Positions 1 to 11,445 are shown, counted from the first letter of the stretch. The stretch: DNA of 40,000 nt from Microcoleaceae cyanobacterium (GCA_051652765.1 JBOFUV010000008.1:1-40000), one strand, 5' to 3'. The notes: generated by a model not told the origin, from the letters alone. Made by a program: numbers and translations.

Positions 1-1
1 A

Positions 2-988
2 GAATTAGCACAGCGTCTTCAGCTTGAGGGCTGGGTCAGTGAACACTTAACCGAAATTCAGGACTTAGTGATCGTTCCTGATCATATTTTGGGCTATGTC
101 CCGTTTGCTGCCTTGCCTTTCACTGAGCCCGAGTCTGAGCCTGTTAAAGATTTGAGAGATTTTAAACATTCCAAACATTTCAAACATTTCAAATATTTTG
201 GCGATCGCTTCCGTCTCCGAATTTTGCCCGATTGCCAAAGCCGCCCTCAGGGTTCCCAGGCCACAACTTCTGCTTCTGCGTCCAACTTGAGCATTGTGGA
301 AGACACAACCGGAACCTTGGTCTTATCCCGTCATACCAGTCAAACCCTTGTCCAGCGCCATCAGATTCCAGATGCCTGTTACCTTAGAGCCACAACAGCA
401 ACGGTAGAAAATTATCAAACCTTGTTCAAACAAGCACGAACCCTATACGCCAATCATCTGGTTCAGGTCAACCTAGATACACCCTTGAACACTCAGATTC
501 AGTGTATTGATGGGACAGTTTCTTTCGCTCAACTGTTGACTTGGCGCTGTTCAAACTTATCCCGAATCGTGTTTCCCTATTGCCAGTCTGTCTTTAAACA
601 GTTTGAATCCTTGAAATATAGGCTGAGTTTTGTGAATTCCCTCCTCAGAATTGGGGCGCAGGAGGTCGTCTGCCCCCTGTGGTTTTTGGATAACGTTGCC
701 GTTTCCTTAATCTGTTTGTTCTGGGATCAATTGGCTCAAACCGAAAACTCCGGGACTGAAAATTCTGCAACAGCTCTCCACCAAGCCCAGGTCAGACTTC
801 GTACTCTCACTGGGCAAGAACTTTCAGAACAGTATCGTCCTGAGATTGAGACCTCCTTGAGTCAGTCCGCCAATCACCAGAAAGTCAACGATCAACGCAC
901 ATTGTTGGTTTGGCTCTGTCAACAGGATTACCCCTTTGCTCATCCCTATTACTGGGCAGGATTTGTGGTTTATGGCTGGGGAGATTAG
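2..988 (+). CDS. CHAT domain-containing protein, C-terminal portion (5' end upstream of window)
   Basis: The frame is open from nt 2 (ELAQRLQLEGWVSEHLTEIQDLVIVPDHILGYVPFAALP), so the GTG at 68 in the ORF track is probably internal. 'IVPDxxLxxVPFAAL' and the C-terminal 'HPYYWAGFVVYG' are hallmark CHAT (caspase-like) strands. Candidate His ('ANHLVQ') and Cys ('PYCQS') are present. Confidence 0.7.
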   Translation, partial: ELAQRLQLEGWVSEHLTEIQDLVIVPDHILGYVPFAALPFTEPESEPVKDLRDFKHSKHFKHFKYFGDRFRLRILPDCQSRPQGSQATTSASASNLSIVEDTTGTLVLSRHTSQTLVQRHQIPDACYLRATTATVENYQTLFKQARTLYANHLVQVNLDTPLNTQIQCIDGTVSFAQLLTWRCSNLSRIVFPYCQSVFKQFESLKYRLSFVNSLLRIGAQEVVCPLWFLDNVAVSLICLFWDQLAQTENSGTENSATALHQAQVRLRTLTGQELSEQYRPEIETSLSQSANHQKVNDQRTLLVWLCQQDYPFAHPYYWAGFVVYGWGD

Positions 989-1314
989 ATTTAACGATTG
1001 CAAGACACCTACCTAAAAATCTTTATCCCTATAGGTCAGGGGTTTCGGGCGTTAAAGATGCTTGTTCGCCAAGTTTAGAATCCTTGCTAAACAAATACCC
1101 GATTTTTTTATGTCCTAGCCCGATCCCCTATTTAGGTTCGCTTAAGTACTGTCCTCGTTACGTGATATGATTCATCTTGGCTTGCAGGAGTGCAGCCAGA
1201 AATATACGTTAGGGCTTGAGTTTTGTGAACTTGCCAAACTCATCTGTTGAATCCCCTTCATCGTCAGAAGAACAGCCAAATCCGGTGGTCTTAAGCGATC
1301 AGCCAAATGGCTCA

Positions 1315-1677
1315 ATGCTGGAGTATTATCAGCTCCAGAATGAGTTGTGGGTTATCATGCTTGTCCTGGCGGGAATTATTTTCGTCACGGTTTGCTTCTT
1401 TTACCCATTCAGAATTGCCTGCAACTATCTGCTGGGTGCGGTTGGAAGTTTGGTATACCTCAGGATGTTGGCCAAGGACGTTGAAAAACTGGGACGAGAG
1501 CAACAAAGCTTGAGCAAAGCTCGATTAGGGATAGTTGTTGGGCTGATTGTAGTTGCAACTCAGTGGGATCAGCTACAAATTCTGCCAATTTTTTTGGGAT
1601 TTCTAACGTATAAAGCTGCGCTGATCTTCTATGTTCTGAAAGCCACACTGATGCCAGACCCTGGGTCGAGTCAGTGA
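1315..1677 (+). CDS. ATP synthase protein I (cyanobacterial atp1/gene-1 product)
   Basis: Small hydrophobic protein directly upstream of the a-subunit gene. '[12 protein letters not shown]...' followed by 4 predicted TM segments. From ATG 1315 it is 120 aa, the usual size. The track ORF starts at TTG 1216 (153 aa), and that extension is low-complexity. Confidence 0.65.
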   Translation: MLEYYQLQNELWVIMLVLAGIIFVTVCFFYPFRIACNYLLGAVGSLVYLRMLAKDVEKLGREQQSLSKARLGIVVGLIVVATQWDQLQILPIFLGFLTYKAALIFYVLKATLMPDPGSSQ

Positions 1678-1722
1678 GGAAATTAGAAAACAAGTCTTGA
1701 TTGGTACGGGGAAGCCTGGTGA

Positions 1723-2478
1723 ATGGAAATGTTTGATGTGGTAAACCTGCTTAACTATTTTCCCCTCGCTAGTTTGGAAGTTGGTCAGCAATTTTACTGG
1801 AACCTAGGTGGTTTAAAAGTCCACGGACAGGTTCTTCTGACCTCTTGGTTCGTGATGGGATTGTTGATTGTGGCTGCTTTGGCTGCAACTCGCAATGTTC
1901 AGCGAATTCCCAGTGGGATGCAAAATTTCATGGAGTACGTCCTGGAATTCATCCGGAATCTGGCCAAAGATCAAATTGGCGAAAAGGAGTATCGTGCTTG
2001 GGTTCCCTTTGTTGGAACATTGTTCCTGTTTATTTTTGTCTCCAACTGGGCAGGTGCCCTAATTCCCTGGAAGCTGATTAAGTTGCCTTCAGGTGAATTG
2101 GCGGCTCCAACCAGCGACATTAACACGACAGTAGCCCTAGCACTGCTGACTTCGATTGCCTACTTCTACGCTGGCATGAGCAAGAAAGGCGTATTTGGAT
2201 ATTTTGCAGACTATGCAAAGCCTGTTCCCTTTCTTGCTCCATTTAGGGTGATTGAAGACTTTACTAAGCCTCTTTCCCTTAGTTTCCGTCTGTTTGGGAA
2301 CGTTCTCGCAGACGAACTGGTGGTTGGAGTATTAGTTTTCCTGGTTCCCCTGTTTGTTCCTCTGCCTCTGATGGTGCTAGGGCTGTTTTTGAGCGCGATT
2401 CAAGCGTTGATTTTTGCAACCCTGGCTGCCAACTATATTGGGGAAGCCTTAGAGGGACACGGTGAGGAACATCACTAA
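1723..2478 (+). CDS. atpB: F0F1 ATP synthase subunit a
   Basis: 251 aa, polytopic. Contains '[25 protein letters not shown]' and the essential-Arg segment '[15 protein letters not shown]'. Operon context supports the call. Confidence 0.95.
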   Translation: MEMFDVVNLLNYFPLASLEVGQQFYWNLGGLKVHGQVLLTSWFVMGLLIVAALAATRNVQRIPSGMQNFMEYVLEFIRNLAKDQIGEKEYRAWVPFVGTLFLFIFVSNWAGALIPWKLIKLPSGELAAPTSDINTTVALALLTSIAYFYAGMSKKGVFGYFADYAKPVPFLAPFRVIEDFTKPLSLSFRLFGNVLADELVVGVLVFLVPLFVPLPLMVLGLFLSAIQALIFATLAANYIGEALEGHGEEHH

Positions 2479-2479
2479 G

Positions 2480-2524
2480 CAAACCTGGCGCTCTCCGCAG
2501 AGCATCTGAGAAGGTTTGTTTTTA
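2480..2524 (+). terminator. Two-tier stem-loop followed by a T-run between atpB and atpE (attenuator/terminator-like)
   Basis: Outer stem caaacct (2480-2486) pairs with aggtttg (2512-2518). Inner stem gctct/agagc. Followed by ttttt (2519-2523). Confidence 0.3.
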
Positions 2525-2544
2525 CTCTGATTGTCAATTGATGA

Positions 2545-2838
<294 letters not shown>

Positions 2839-2940
2839 GAATTTTCTAGGGTTTAGAGTTGAGGAGATCATCACAACGAAGGTCTTCCAAGTCTAAGCCC
2901 TGAAAACTCAACATCGTGGGAACTCTAGGACAGAATAATC

Positions 2941-3423
2941 ATGCACTGGACAATTCTACTCGCAGTTGAAGAAACGGCTAAGGAAGGAGGGTTGTTTGAT
3001 CTAGATGCAACCCTTCCAGTCATTGCAGTTGAATTTTTACTGCTTGCTGTGATCTTGAACGCAATCTTCTACAAGCCGCTGGGGAAGGTAATTGATGAGC
3101 GGGCAGACTATGTCCGGAACAACAAATTGCAAGCCCAAGAGCGGGTAGACAAGGCTGAAAAACTCGCCCAGCAGTACGAGCAGGAATTAGCAGAGACTCG
3201 AAAACAAGCTCAAGCTCTGATCCAGAATGCTCAGGAAGACGCTCGGAAAATTGCTTCCGAAAAAATGGTCGAAGCCCAGCAAGAGTCTCAAAGAAAGCGG
3301 GAACAGGCTGCTCAAGAAATTGAACAGGAGCGACAACAGGCTTTGGCCTCTCTAGAGCAGCAGATTGCTCCTCTGAGCCGTCAAATTCTGGAGAAGCTTT
3401 TAGGAGCCGAGTTGCTGAGATAG
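2941..3423 (+). CDS. atpF2: F0F1 ATP synthase subunit b-prime
   Basis: '[44 protein letters not shown]' is the b-prime signature. One TM helix plus a long charged coiled coil. Confidence 0.9.
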   Translation: MHWTILLAVEETAKEGGLFDLDATLPVIAVEFLLLAVILNAIFYKPLGKVIDERADYVRNNKLQAQERVDKAEKLAQQYEQELAETRKQAQALIQNAQEDARKIASEKMVEAQQESQRKREQAAQEIEQERQQALASLEQQIAPLSRQILEKLLGAELLR

Positions 3424-3507
3424 GCTTCAGTTTTTTCTGTCTTTTTTAAAGACTTTTTTGAGAGCTTTTGAGGAAAGGGTTTTAACAGCAAGGAATGGAA
3501 GACGATC

Positions 3508-4038
3508 ATGGAGACTGTTATATTTCTAGCCACAGAGGCTAGTCACGAAGGGGGTTTCGGATTCAATTTTGATATCTTAGAAACCAACCTGATCAACCTC
3601 GCCATTTTGATTGGAGTGCTCGTTTACTTTGGCCGAGGATTTTTAGGCAAGCTTCTGAGCGAAAGACGGGGGGGCATTGAGCAAGCAATTCAGGATGCAG
3701 AGCAACGCTTGAAGCAAGCGGCTGAGGCGCTGGCGGAGCAGCAGCAGAAGCTAACTCAAGCTCAAACAGAAGCTGAGCGAATTCGTAAGGAAGCTGAAGA
3801 GCGAGCAAAAGTCTTCAAAGAGCAAATCTTGGCTCAATCCGTTCAAGATATTGATCGAATGAAAGCAGTAGCCACTCAAGAACTAGATGGTGATCGAGAA
3901 CGGATTATGGTTCAGTTGAGGTCTGTGATCGTTGCAAGAGCCTTAGAGCAAGCTGAAGCAGATCTTAGAGATCGGCTCGATTCATCGACTCAGCAGCAGC
4001 TTGTTGACCGCAGTCTAGCGTTATTGAGAGGGAACTGA
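3508..4038 (+). CDS. atpF: F0F1 ATP synthase subunit b
   Basis: 176 aa. N-terminal TM helix ('LINLAILIGVLVYFG') followed by an Ala/Glu/Gln/Arg-rich helix. Lies between b-prime and delta. Confidence 0.9.
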   Translation: METVIFLATEASHEGGFGFNFDILETNLINLAILIGVLVYFGRGFLGKLLSERRGGIEQAIQDAEQRLKQAAEALAEQQQKLTQAQTEAERIRKEAEERAKVFKEQILAQSVQDIDRMKAVATQELDGDRERIMVQLRSVIVARALEQAEADLRDRLDSSTQQQLVDRSLALLRGN

Positions 4039-4586
4039 TGAATGCAATTATCGGTGAAATTGTAGAACCTTATGCTCAAGCCCTAATGTCATTGGCAAAG
4101 TCCAAAAACATTGCCGATGAAGTTGGTGACAATGTCAGAGATTTACTAGGATTTATCAACAACGCCCCAGAATTTAGGCAGTTCTTGACAAATCCAGTGA
4201 TCAATCGAGAGGACAAAAAAGCAGTCATCAATCGGGTTGTCGGAGATACGGTCAATCCCTACGTCAAAAACTTCCTCATGCTGCTAGTCGATCGAGGACG
4301 GGTTTTATATGTCGAGGGGATTGGTCAGCAATATTTAGTGCTGTTACGGAAATTAAACAAAACGGTTCTGGCAGAAGTCACATCTGCTTCAGAGCTAAAT
4401 GATGGCCAACGGGGCACTGTGGTGGAGAAGGTTAAGAACTTCACCGATGCTCATCATGTTGAGCTTGAAACCAAGGTTGATCCGAATATCCTCGGGGGAG
4501 TCATTATCAAAGTGGGTTCCCAAATCGTGGATGCTAGCCTCCGGGGTCAACTGCGTCGCATTGCTGTGAGCTTGAATGCTAGCTAG
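4038..4586 (+). CDS. atpH: F0F1 ATP synthase subunit delta (OSCP)
   Basis: 182 aa. 'EPYAQALMSLAK' N-terminus and 'GGVIIKVGSQIVDASLRGQLRRI' C-terminus. Its ATG overlaps the atpF TGA (TGATG at 4036-4040). Confidence 0.9.
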   Translation: MNAIIGEIVEPYAQALMSLAKSKNIADEVGDNVRDLLGFINNAPEFRQFLTNPVINREDKKAVINRVVGDTVNPYVKNFLMLLVDRGRVLYVEGIGQQYLVLLRKLNKTVLAEVTSASELNDGQRGTVVEKVKNFTDAHHVELETKVDPNILGGVIIKVGSQIVDASLRGQLRRIAVSLNAS

Positions 4587-4622
4587 CAGATAGCCATCGG
4601 AAAAACTTTAAAATTCATGTAA

Positions 4623-6158
<1,536 letters not shown>

Positions 6159-6168
6159 CTGTCCTTAA

Positions 6169-6202
6169 TTGTCCTTTGTCAATGACCCATGACAAAGGAC
6201 AA
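6169..6202 (+). other. Perfect 13-bp stem / 8-nt loop hairpin in the atpA-atpG spacer
   Basis: ttgtcctttgtca (6169-6181) pairs with tgacaaaggacaa (6190-6202). No T-run follows. Confidence 0.6.
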
Positions 6203-6245
6203 ACCCCTCATGACAACCAATTACTCATGACTAAGGTTATCCCCT

Positions 6246-7196
6246 ATGTCTAATCTCAAGGCAATTCGCGATCGCATTCAGTCGGTCAAAAATACTAAGA
6301 AAATTACAGAGGCCATGCGCCTTGTTGCTTCTGCAAGGGTTCGTCGGGCTCAAGAACAAGTCTTGGCGACTCGTCCGTTTGCAGATAAGTTGGCAAGTGT
6401 ATTGTATGCCTTGGAATCCCGGCTCCAGCTTGAGAATGTAGACTTGCCGTTGTTGACAAAGCGGGAAGTCAAGCGAGTGGGTTTGTTAGTCAACTCCGGC
6501 AATCGGGGTTTGTGCGGCGCTTACAATAGTAACGTGATTAAGCGTGCAGAATCTCGGGCAAAAGAGCTAGAGGCAGAAGGTCTGGAGTACGTCTATCTCC
6601 TCGAAGGACGCAAGGCAATTCAGTACTTTCAACGTCGGAATGCGCCGATTCGGCTCGCAATTGAAACTCCCGAGAAAACCCCTGATTTAGAACAAGTTCA
6701 GGCGGCTGCCGACGAAGTGCTTTCCCTCTTTCTGGCTGGAGAGGTCGATCGGGTCGAGCTGATTTACACTAAGTTTGTCTCCCTGATCAGTTCTCGGCCT
6801 GTGGTGCAAACCCTGTTGCCCCTCGACCCTCAGGGACTAGAAGCTCAGGATGATGAAATCTTCCGGTTAACGTCAAAAGAGGGACGCTTAGAGGTGACTC
6901 GGGAAAAAGTTACCCGTGAAGCCCAGCAAGTCCCTCGGGATATGATATTTGAGCAAGACCCAGTACAGATCCTGGATTCATTGCTCCCCTTGTATCTTAC
7001 AAACCAACTATTGCGAGCTTGGCAAGAATCACTCGCGAGCGAACTTGCGGCCCGAATGACTGCAATGAGCAATGCCAGTGACAATGCTGGAGAGTTGATT
7101 AAGAGTCTGACGCTGTCTTACAACAAAGCTCGACAGGCTTCTATCACTCAAGAAATTCTAGAGGTTGTATCTGGAGCCAATGCCCTCATGGGTTAA
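6246..7196 (+). CDS. atpG: F0F1 ATP synthase subunit gamma
   Basis: 316 aa. '[30 protein letters not shown]' N-terminal helix and '[22 protein letters not shown]' C-terminal helix. Confidence 0.95.
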   Translation: MSNLKAIRDRIQSVKNTKKITEAMRLVASARVRRAQEQVLATRPFADKLASVLYALESRLQLENVDLPLLTKREVKRVGLLVNSGNRGLCGAYNSNVIKRAESRAKELEAEGLEYVYLLEGRKAIQYFQRRNAPIRLAIETPEKTPDLEQVQAAADEVLSLFLAGEVDRVELIYTKFVSLISSRPVVQTLLPLDPQGLEAQDDEIFRLTSKEGRLEVTREKVTREAQQVPRDMIFEQDPVQILDSLLPLYLTNQLLRAWQESLASELAARMTAMSNASDNAGELIKSLTLSYNKARQASITQEILEVVSGANALMG

Positions 7197-7333
7197 GCGT
7201 TGAACCGATGGGGCCTCTTGCCTGCAAATAACAGGTATGAATTAAAAGTTTTTACTTTGAAAGGTTTCACTTTAAAAAGTTTCACTGACTCACATTCAAC
7301 GGTGTTGAGTACAAGTTTTAATTCCTGAGCGAA

Positions 7334-7375
7334 GCAGAGAGCAGCAGACTAAATGTCTACTCTCTGCTATTTATT
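7334..7375 (+). terminator. Candidate rho-independent terminator of the large atp operon
   Basis: gcagagag (7334-7341) pairs with ctctctgc (7360-7367). Inner pair agac/gtct. Followed by tatttatt. Confidence 0.45.
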
Positions 7376-7420
7376 ATCTGTAGTGGGTTGCTGATGAGTT
7401 GTTCGCGCTAGTAATACTAA

Positions 7421-8380
7421 ATGGCTTCATCTGTTCAAACCCAACAAAAAACCCTAGTAATGTTGGGAGCAGGAGCTTGGGGCTCAGCATTAGCAACCTT
7501 AGCTCTTCACAATGGACATCGGGTCAATCTCTGGTCTCGTAGCTTGAATGTCTCCCTAGCGGAGGTTGTCGCTCAAGCAGATGTGGTAATTTCAGCAATC
7601 TCTGTTAAAGGGGTTGCCTCTGTTGCCGCCCAAATTCAAGTGCTTGGCTTGCCGGATCAAATTCCTATTGTGACTGCCACGAAAGGACTTGATCCCAATA
7701 CGACTCGTGTGCCCTCTCAAATCTGGACAGCTTACTTTCCAGATCATCCGATCGTGGTTTTATCAGGGCCAAACTTGTCTCAGGAAATTGAACAGGGCCT
7801 TCCAGCCGCAACAGTAGTCGCCAGCACGGATGCCGATGCGGCAAAGATTGTCCAAGGGATCTTTGCCTCAAGTCGTTTTCGGGTTTATACCAGTGCTGAC
7901 CCAACCGGAACAGAACTGGGGGGAACCTTGAAAAATGTGATTGCGATCGCGGCTGGGGTGTGTGACGGCTTACAACTGGGAACCAATGCCAAATCAGGGT
8001 TACTCACCCGCGCCTTGACAGAAATGATCCGAATTGGCACCTGTTTGGGGGGACAGAAAGACACGTTCTTTGGTTTGTCTGGGCTAGGGGATATGTTGAC
8101 CACTTGTAATAGTGCCCTGAGTCGCAACTATCGGGTTGGCTACGGTTTGGCCCAAGGGAAAACGTTAGAACAAGTTCTGACGGAATTGGGGAGCACAGCA
8201 GAGGGAGTCAATACTACCAACGTTTTGATTGAGATTTCCCGTCGAGAACAGATTCCGGTGCCGATTTCCTGGCAGGTTTATCGGTTGCTCAATAGCCAGA
8301 TTACGCCTCAACAAGCGGTAGAAGCTCTGATGGAACGAGACCTGAAATCAGAATTTGGCGATTCCCTTGAAACCACATAA
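7421..8380 (+). CDS. gpsA: NAD(P)H-dependent glycerol-3-phosphate dehydrogenase
   Basis: 319 aa. Rossmann 'VMLGAGAWGSALA', 'KGLD', and 'GGTLKNVIAIAAGVCDGLQLGTNAK'. Confidence 0.9.
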   Translation: MASSVQTQQKTLVMLGAGAWGSALATLALHNGHRVNLWSRSLNVSLAEVVAQADVVISAISVKGVASVAAQIQVLGLPDQIPIVTATKGLDPNTTRVPSQIWTAYFPDHPIVVLSGPNLSQEIEQGLPAATVVASTDADAAKIVQGIFASSRFRVYTSADPTGTELGGTLKNVIAIAAGVCDGLQLGTNAKSGLLTRALTEMIRIGTCLGGQKDTFFGLSGLGDMLTTCNSALSRNYRVGYGLAQGKTLEQVLTELGSTAEGVNTTNVLIEISRREQIPVPISWQVYRLLNSQITPQQAVEALMERDLKSEFGDSLETT

Positions 8381-8513
8381 TTGATCACTAGTCTTAATGC
8401 TTTCTCCCGTTTTTTGGGCGATCACAACATCATCCCAAGACTTTATAATTTAAGAGCAATGAGAGTGTAACATCTACCTGAATCCCTGCGTTATCCACCC
8501 TATTGTTACCCTT

Positions 8514-10127
8514 ATGCATCGTCAGTGGTTGAACCGATTAAGTGCTTCAGGTTGGATTATTGCAGCCCTTGCGATCGCTTTTACCCTTTCTAAGTCCCTA
8601 AATCCAGATCCAAAAACAACTGCTTCTTGTTCCAGTTCAGAGCTAGAACAGCAGGTTCTAGGTTCAAATCAGGAATCTCTCATCTCAGACTCTGTCAAGC
8701 CTCCCGCTTCGGCAAAAACCTTACTGATGGGAAGCTCTCCTCGGAGGCAAGAAGTCACCAAAGCCAACGCCTGTCCGGATCAAGACCCCTTCAATGAATC
8801 GGTTCGCTTTGCATTGAAGGCCGCCAACTTAGTCCAAACTGCCAAGTCAAAGGCAGAATGGGATGAGGTTGCCCGGTATTGGGTGCAGGCTGTAGCTTGG
8901 ATGCAGGCTGTTCCCCCCAATAGTTCTAGGCGAGTTTATGCTGAGAAAAAAGTGATCGAATATATGCGAAACTTGGCCTATGCCCAGCAACAGGCGGCTA
9001 AAGCTCTGACCACTAGAACTTTTCCCAGTTTCAACAGCGAGATGCTAGACCAGCAGTTGCCCCTCTATCTTTCCTATTTGAGCACGGTGGGAAAACCAGA
9101 TGTTTTAATTGTTGGCAGTTCACGGGCATTGCAGGGCATTGATCCTAAACAGATGCAGCAATCCTTAGCAGTAAAAGGATTTAAAGACATAGAAATTTTT
9201 AATTTAGGGATTAATGGTGCAACAGCCCAGGTTGTTGACTATATTTTGCGGCAATTGTTGACCCCCGAACAATTGCCTCAGATTATTGTTTGGGCAGATG
9301 GAGTCCGAGCATTTAACAGTGGTCGGATTGACCGAACTTACAATGCCATTCTTGAGTCGGAAGGAAATAAACGCTTGGCTTCTGGGATTCGTCCTCAGAT
9401 TTCTCAAGGGACATCAACGCATTTAAAATGCTATCAATTTCCTCAGCCCTGCAAAGTTAAACAGCCCAAGTGGCAAGCCGCGACTGATACGTTGAGTTCC
9501 TCTCAAATGGGTCAAGCTAAGTTTGATAACACTCAGTTTAATAATACTCAGTTTGATAACACTCAGTTTGATACAGTTAGGCGTTTGAGAACTGTTCAAA
9601 ATACAACAGTTAAAGGTTATACTTCTCCTCAGCTTCGTGCTTTAGTTTATCAGTCAATGACTAGAAAAAAATTGGCGAGTTTAGTCTCCTTTGACAAGAT
9701 TGAAGCCAATGGTTTTTTGCCGTTTTCTACCCGTTATAATCCAGAGACTTATCATCAAAAGCGTCCTTATGTTGCGGGTGCTTTTGATGGAGATTATCAA
9801 GCTTTTAATCTAGGGGGGGAACAGTCTAGTGCATTGAGTTCGCTCACTGCATTTCTCCGATCCAAAAATATTCCCTTGGTGTTCGTGAATTTGCCTGTTA
9901 CGGATGATTATCTAGATGGCACGCGATGGGCAGCCGAAGTAGAATTTCAAGATATGATGAACCAACTCTCAATGGAATATGGATTTATTTTTATTGACCT
10001 TTCGGAAAAAGTTCTAACCCGTTATGAATATTTTGTAGATCCAAGTCATTTAAACCTCTATGGTGCAAGAGCTGTTGCTCAGAGACTAGTCTCTGAACCT
10101 TCAATTCCTTGGCCAAAGCAAAGATAA
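8514..10127 (+). CDS. Secreted/anchored DUF1574-like (DltD/SGNH-like) protein
   Basis: 537 aa with an N-terminal signal anchor 'GWIIAALAIAF'. 'VLIVGSSRALQGIDP' and the C-terminal 'DPSHLNLYGARAV' resemble DltD/AlgX-type SGNH folds. An internal 15-bp tandem repeat encodes NTQF(D/N). The function call rests on recollection only. Confidence 0.45.
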   Translation: MHRQWLNRLSASGWIIAALAIAFTLSKSLNPDPKTTASCSSSELEQQVLGSNQESLISDSVKPPASAKTLLMGSSPRRQEVTKANACPDQDPFNESVRFALKAANLVQTAKSKAEWDEVARYWVQAVAWMQAVPPNSSRRVYAEKKVIEYMRNLAYAQQQAAKALTTRTFPSFNSEMLDQQLPLYLSYLSTVGKPDVLIVGSSRALQGIDPKQMQQSLAVKGFKDIEIFNLGINGATAQVVDYILRQLLTPEQLPQIIVWADGVRAFNSGRIDRTYNAILESEGNKRLASGIRPQISQGTSTHLKCYQFPQPCKVKQPKWQAATDTLSSSQMGQAKFDNTQFNNTQFDNTQFDTVRRLRTVQNTTVKGYTSPQLRALVYQSMTRKKLASLVSFDKIEANGFLPFSTRYNPETYHQKRPYVAGAFDGDYQAFNLGGEQSSALSSLTAFLRSKNIPLVFVNLPVTDDYLDGTRWAAEVEFQDMMNQLSMEYGFIFIDLSEKVLTRYEYFVDPSHLNLYGARAVAQRLVSEPSIPWPKQR

Positions 10128-10138
10128 AGCACGACTCA

Positions 10139-10164
10139 CCTGAAGGAGTGACAACCCCTTCAGG
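10139..10164. terminator. 8-bp GC-rich hairpin between convergent genes
   Basis: cctgaagg (10139-10146) pairs with ccttcagg (10157-10164). It fills the 37-bp gap between two convergent stop codons. No U-tract. Confidence 0.35.
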
Positions 10165-11445
10165 CTAGGCTTTTTGATCCAGGCGAATCGCTCGGTCTAA
10201 TGCGGCTTTTTCCCTGGCTCTGCGTTGATAGGGCTGGAGTTGAGGAATTGACCAGCCACTCAAAATACTCAAATCCTTAAGGTCGATACCTTTGATTAAC
10301 ATTTCTACACACCAGGTTTGTCTGGCTTGCCCCAGGGCTGGGGGCTGATGTCCAGAAGGGTAAGACTGGGGGGTAAGGTGTTGCCAGATCAGTTCCAGTT
10401 CTGCTTCGGTGAGGGACTGACCGCTGTCATTAATAAACAAGGCGACCTGCTCGTCTTTGCGGCTTTTCAACCATTGACTTAAGGGGTTGCTCGTGTATGA
10501 ACCATAGCGTTTGCCCATAATCCACTGATTGACCGAGACCTGCCGTGGCTTCCCGGTTTGAATTTGTAAGAGATGCTGGCGAGGGTTGCTAATGTGATGC
10601 GATCGCTCTAACGCCACCAGTTCTACAGGCAGCAATCCGGCCCCAAAGAGTACATAGGCGATCGCATAATTCTGGCTACCTTGTTTTTTGGCCTGTTGTA
10701 AGATAGCGTGAACGACCTCGGCTGGCAAATCAGCAACTGTTGAGGATTGCTCTTCCCGATTCAGCGCTTCCCGGTTCAGAGATCGAGCAACCTTGGGCAA
10801 AGAATTGGAAGATGTTCCCTGCTGGGGTGAAGCTGATCCTGATCCTGATAATATTGCCCCTGCTAAACACAATTCCGTTAAAGTCTTGAGGAAATCCGCT
10901 TGATCCGCCCAGGGTTCGTGGAATTCCGTTAATAGCTCCATCACCTGGTAACCCAACAGTAGCCCATTGAGCAGGCTTGCAAACTTGTTGACTGAAAAGC
11001 TCGGCTGTACCTGTTCTCGCTCCATGACAGTAGTCAGATACTCTGCTAACTGTTGCGTCCTCCGGTTAATCCCTTGACTGAGAACTTGACGATTTTCCAG
11101 GGTGTACTGTCCTGATTCCCCAACCGCAGAGCGCAGCAACTCGGGCATTTGTCCTAAAGTTTGTAGGCGATCGCGGCAGTAGTCTTCTAGGGCTTGATCC
11201 AGAGAGGTAATGGTGTTAACAGACTCCAGCAAAGATTCACCATTCGGAGTGAACAGATCAGCGTCTTGAATCACAGCCAAAAGCAAGTCAAGCTTGCTAC
11301 CAAAATTCCGAAATAACGTGACCTCATTCACCTCTGCCAACTCGGCAATCTGTCGGGTTGTTGTGGCTGTAAATCCCTGGGAACTGAATAATTCAAGGGC
11401 TGACTGGATCAAGCGGCCTTGGGTTGAAGAATGAGTTCGAAGCAT
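10165..11445 (-). CDS. TetR/AcrR-family regulator fused to a C-terminal tyrosine-recombinase-like domain
   Basis: HTH 'TTRQIAELAEVNEVTLFRNFGSK'. The likely start is ATG 11445 (MLRTHSS...), because the track ORF's first 19 codons run into the divergent promoter region. About 175 aa follow a Ser/Gly/Gln linker after the TetR part (see findings). Confidence 0.8.
   Translation of the reverse strand: MLRTHSSTQGRLIQSALELFSSQGFTATTTRQIAELAEVNEVTLFRNFGSKLDLLLAVIQDADLFTPNGESLLESVNTITSLDQALEDYCRDRLQTLGQMPELLRSAVGESGQYTLENRQVLSQGINRRTQQLAEYLTTVMEREQVQPSFSVNKFASLLNGLLLGYQVMELLTEFHEPWADQADFLKTLTELCLAGAILSGSGSASPQQGTSSNSLPKVARSLNREALNREEQSSTVADLPAEVVHAILQQAKKQGSQNYAIAYVLFGAGLLPVELVALERSHHISNPRQHLLQIQTGKPRQVSVNQWIMGKRYGSYTSNPLSQWLKSRKDEQVALFINDSGQSLTEAELELIWQHLTPQSYPSGHQPPALGQARQTWCVEMLIKGIDLKDLSILSGWSIPQLQPYQRRAREKAALDRAIRLDQKA

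Noticed and set aside
910-1170. 86-aa ORF overlapping the CHAT gene 3' end and running into the atp upstream region.
   Set aside because: It is out of frame with a supported gene, has low-complexity composition and no start context.
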